From positions 1 to 26,677 of the IMG/VR virus record IMGVR_UViG_3300020003_000010: DNA of 26,677 nucleotides. One strand, given 5' to 3'. The notes under the pieces were generated by a model. The model searched no databases. It saw only the letters and a list, made by a program, of their open reading frames with translations, and was not told the origin of the DNA. The stretch comes from a virus (Duplodnaviria > Caudoviricetes). Shown here piece by piece: positions 25,767 to 26,677 of this stretch (position 1 is the stretch's first letter; every line of letters starts with the position of its first letter). Both the position numbers and the translations under genes were made by a program.

Positions 25767-26015
25767 CTAATGAAGCTTGACCCAGGCTCCACCTACCCTC
25801 GCGTAAACTCCTGCACCAGCTCCAGGATTGAAGTCTGTTCCATCTGCATATATTATCATGCCGTCGCGCGGCCGTATCGGTGCCGCATTCACCGGGCGCA
25901 GTTCAAGTGCTGTCGTCTCGCTCAACTCCCTCGCCAAGAACCGAAGCTCCTCTTCAAGCCACTGTCGCAGCTCCGAGAGGTCTTGGATATCAGGAATCTG
26001 TCTCGGATTGTACAC
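25767..26015 (-). CDS. Small tail-associated protein
   Basis: N-terminal helix then P.RPRDGMIIYADG..FNPG.G.GVY....AWVKL. Confidence 0.65.
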   Translation of the reverse strand: MYNPRQIPDIQDLSELRQWLEEELRFLARELSETTALELRPVNAAPIRPRDGMIIYADGTDFNPGAGAGVYARVGGAWVKLH

Positions 26016-26016
26016 T

Positions 26017-26677
26017 TTAGAAGCCTCCTAAAGCCAACATATCGATCTTGTATCCGTCGATCCGCCAAGACGCATCCGCCGTAAACTCAATCGACACAGC
26101 CCTCCCCGTCGCAACCCCTGGATCACAGAAGGTCTCCGTCGCTGGATCAAACGTGACAGACGGAAACCACGTCGTAGGCCCGTTCACCACCTGCTGCGCC
26201 CCGAAGCGAATACTGACCGGATTGCCTTGTATCTTCGGCCACACCCGCTTCAACATCTTCATAACCTGATGATCCACAATCAACTCGCCATTCCGACGCT
26301 TCCCAATCAAGGCCAAGCCGTCGCGGCGGAGATTCGTCGTGAAAGTCGTCCCATCCCTCGTCCCTCCACGATCCATATTATAGAACTTCGTCGCGGCGGT
26401 CCCTGCAAGGATCACACGCCTCCGCTGCAACTCCGACCACGCCCCAGTATCCTCATCCCATTCATCCGTCCCCTCATCCCACTCCTCATCCGGTGGACTT
26501 TCAATCCCTCCAGTTACCGCCCATCGGAACGTAATTCCATCGGCCTCTGTAAGTGGCCACACACCTCCAGTTCCGTAATTCATCACTAAGGCTTTGTCAG
26601 GAAAGACTTGACCAGCCGACGGATAACAGAACCACATTTCGTTAAAGTTAGGATTACAAAACATAAAAGAGTTCATG
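26017..26677 (-). CDS. Tail/head-stabilisation (nozzle-like) protein, 3' part only
   Basis: NEMWFCYP...DKALVMNY beta-rich pattern, GRAVSIEF near the C-terminus; the frame runs off the window end. Confidence 0.65.
   Translation of the reverse strand, partial: MNSFMFCNPNFNEMWFCYPSAGQVFPDKALVMNYGTGGVWPLTEADGITFRWAVTGGIESPPDEEWDEGTDEWDEDTGAWSELQRRRVILAGTAATKFYNMDRGGTRDGTTFTTNLRRDGLALIGKRRNGELIVDHQVMKMLKRVWPKIQGNPVSIRFGAQQVVNGPTTWFPSVTFDPATETFCDPGVATGRAVSIEFTADASWRIDGYKIDMLALGGF

Larger units (their letters stand above)
1..26677. mobile_element. Segment of a tailed dsDNA bacteriophage genome (podovirus-like)
   Basis: Dense overlapping small ORFs, phage-type exonuclease/ATPase/SSB module, PolA, dUTPase, and a convergent block of internal-virion/tail genes. 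No host housekeeping genes or integrase seen. Confidence 0.95.

Overview
This window is part of a dsDNA tailed phage genome, probably a podovirus with a proteobacterial host (inferred). It has three blocks. (1) 1-7600, + strand: an origin-like palindromic region, then many small early genes including a vWA protein, a zinc-finger protein, a putative ribbon-helix-helix regulator and a degenerate dNMP-kinase-like protein. (2) 7605-17093, + strand: recombination and replication genes, namely a Cas4-like PD-(D/E)XK exonuclease, an AAA_24/Sak4-like ATPase, an SSB, a possible Acb2/Tad1-like protein, a HAD hydrolase, a ParB-methyltransferase fusion, a family-A DNA polymerase split in two by an intact dUTPase gene (UDG domain on the N-half), and a DUF3987-like ATPase. 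(3) 17090-26677, - strand: a virion module with a 2047-aa ejection/polyvalent protein, further internal proteins and tail proteins. The most unusual signals are the split UDG-PolA/dUTPase cassette with non-canonical active-site residues, four unrelated small proteins sharing a C-terminal (T/I/V)(D/E)DL tail, about 26 GCGAAGC mini-hairpin heptamers in the first 6.3 kb, and a 12-8-12 dyad element present three times in intergenic regions. All family calls come from reading motifs by eye, not from database searches.
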